Source: Phycisphaerae bacterium
GTDB taxonomy: Bacteria; Planctomycetota; Phycisphaerae; Sedimentisphaerales; Anaerobacaceae
DNA: 64,000 nucleotides
Assembly (NCBI GenBank): GCA_030604525.1
Contig: JAUVVQ010000005.1
Coordinates: 15,162 to 79,161, forward strand
Direction: 5' to 3'
Shown here: positions 63,704-64,000 of the stretch, in pieces
Position numbering within the stretch: the first letter of the stretch is position 1
How the letters are laid out: each line of letters opens with the position of its first letter
Notes under the pieces: model-generated
The model's database searches: none
The model's input: the letters and a program-made list of their open reading frames with translations, nothing else
Told to the model about the DNA's origin: nothing
Position numbers and translations under genes: made by a program

Positions 63704-63852
63704 AGGTTAAAACCTTTTATAAGTTTAAATGAGGGTAACATTCAGGTGCTAAAAGTCAAATGAATATTTTGTTTTTGGGTGTTGGGGCAAGGGGTTTCGG
63801 CAGGATTTTTTCGGGTGCGAATAAGCTGACAACGGTAGTTGCAATCCTGAGG

Positions 63853-63928
63853 AACGGCTAAGGGTTTTTGGATATCGGCGAGCTTTAATTCAGTGAAAAT
63901 GGACACCTGGTGGGGTGGGAAAATGGTC
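63853..63928. repeat. Right arm of the 76-bp perfect inverted repeat
   Basis: Exact reverse complement of 62066..62141. Confidence 0.95.
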
Positions 63929-63940
63929 TGATTCCACAGA

Positions 63941-64000
63941 CATAGGGGCTGGGTTTGAAATTGGGTTTGAATTGGGTTTGTTTTTGAAGCGGTTATATAC
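63941..64000 (+). repeat. Dispersed intergenic repeat family, copy C (cut by the window edge)
   Basis: CATAGGGGCTGGGTTTGAAATTGGGTTTGAATTGGGTTTGTTTTTG parallels the 5' end of copy A. Confidence 0.7.

Overview
This 64-kb window comes from a Gram-negative chromosome. Supporting genes are PEP-CTERM proteins, an LptF/LptG permease pair, CsrA, a TPP riboswitch with thiC, rubrerythrin and a B12/radical-SAM enzyme. This looks like a PVC/Planctomycetota-like or similar anaerobic lineage, but that taxonomic call is only a guess.

The window has two parts.

(1) Positions 1 to about 28,400 form a mosaic accessory island that looks more AT-rich by eye (not quantified). It ends at the 3' end of a tRNA-Thr(UGU). 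From left to right it contains:
- a minus-strand operon with a GHKL ATPase and a DUF2958 protein;
- two PEP-CTERM proteins and a short tyrosine recombinase, divergent from an Xis-like HTH gene;
- an m5C methyltransferase operon. Its other genes are a MORC-like GHKL ATPase fused to a histidine kinase, a receiver protein with a HEPN-like Rx4H C-terminal domain, and an EndoIII/MutY-family (Mig-like) glycosylase;
- an IS21 IstB remnant;
- a 10.5-kb type I R-M operon (hsdM, hsdS, hsdR) with five extra genes embedded and an extended HsdS;
- a chimeric IS remnant;
- a KaiC/RecA-like ATPase fused to an Mrr-like nuclease domain, followed by a SAM methyltransferase;
- an intact rve-type transposase.

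(2) Positions 28,700 to 64,000 are mostly core genes: a PilX-like protein, an orphan E2 acyltransferase, an S1C protease, LptF/G, a LamG protein, thiC, an M24 peptidase, a rhomboid protease, a radical SAM enzyme, an HDOD histidine kinase with its response regulator, rubrerythrin, an Rrf2 regulator and csrA. Small insertions and decay products interrupt these genes:
- an orphan RHS toxin/immunity cassette bounded by a 51-bp duplication of the peptidase gene's 3' end;
- an AT-rich cluster of unknown membrane proteins;
- a NiSOD gene broken by a second IstB remnant;
- a truncated ACR3 gene;
- a dispersed repeat family;
- a perfect 76-bp inverted repeat bracketing csrA and a membrane protein gene.

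The best candidate for an undescribed system is the gene pair at 8807-11991: the GHKL/histidine-kinase fusion and the receiver-HEPN-like protein, inside the methyltransferase operon. The gene-loaded type I R-M operon and the ATPase-Mrr fusion rank next. All domain calls come from motifs read by eye. No database search was run.
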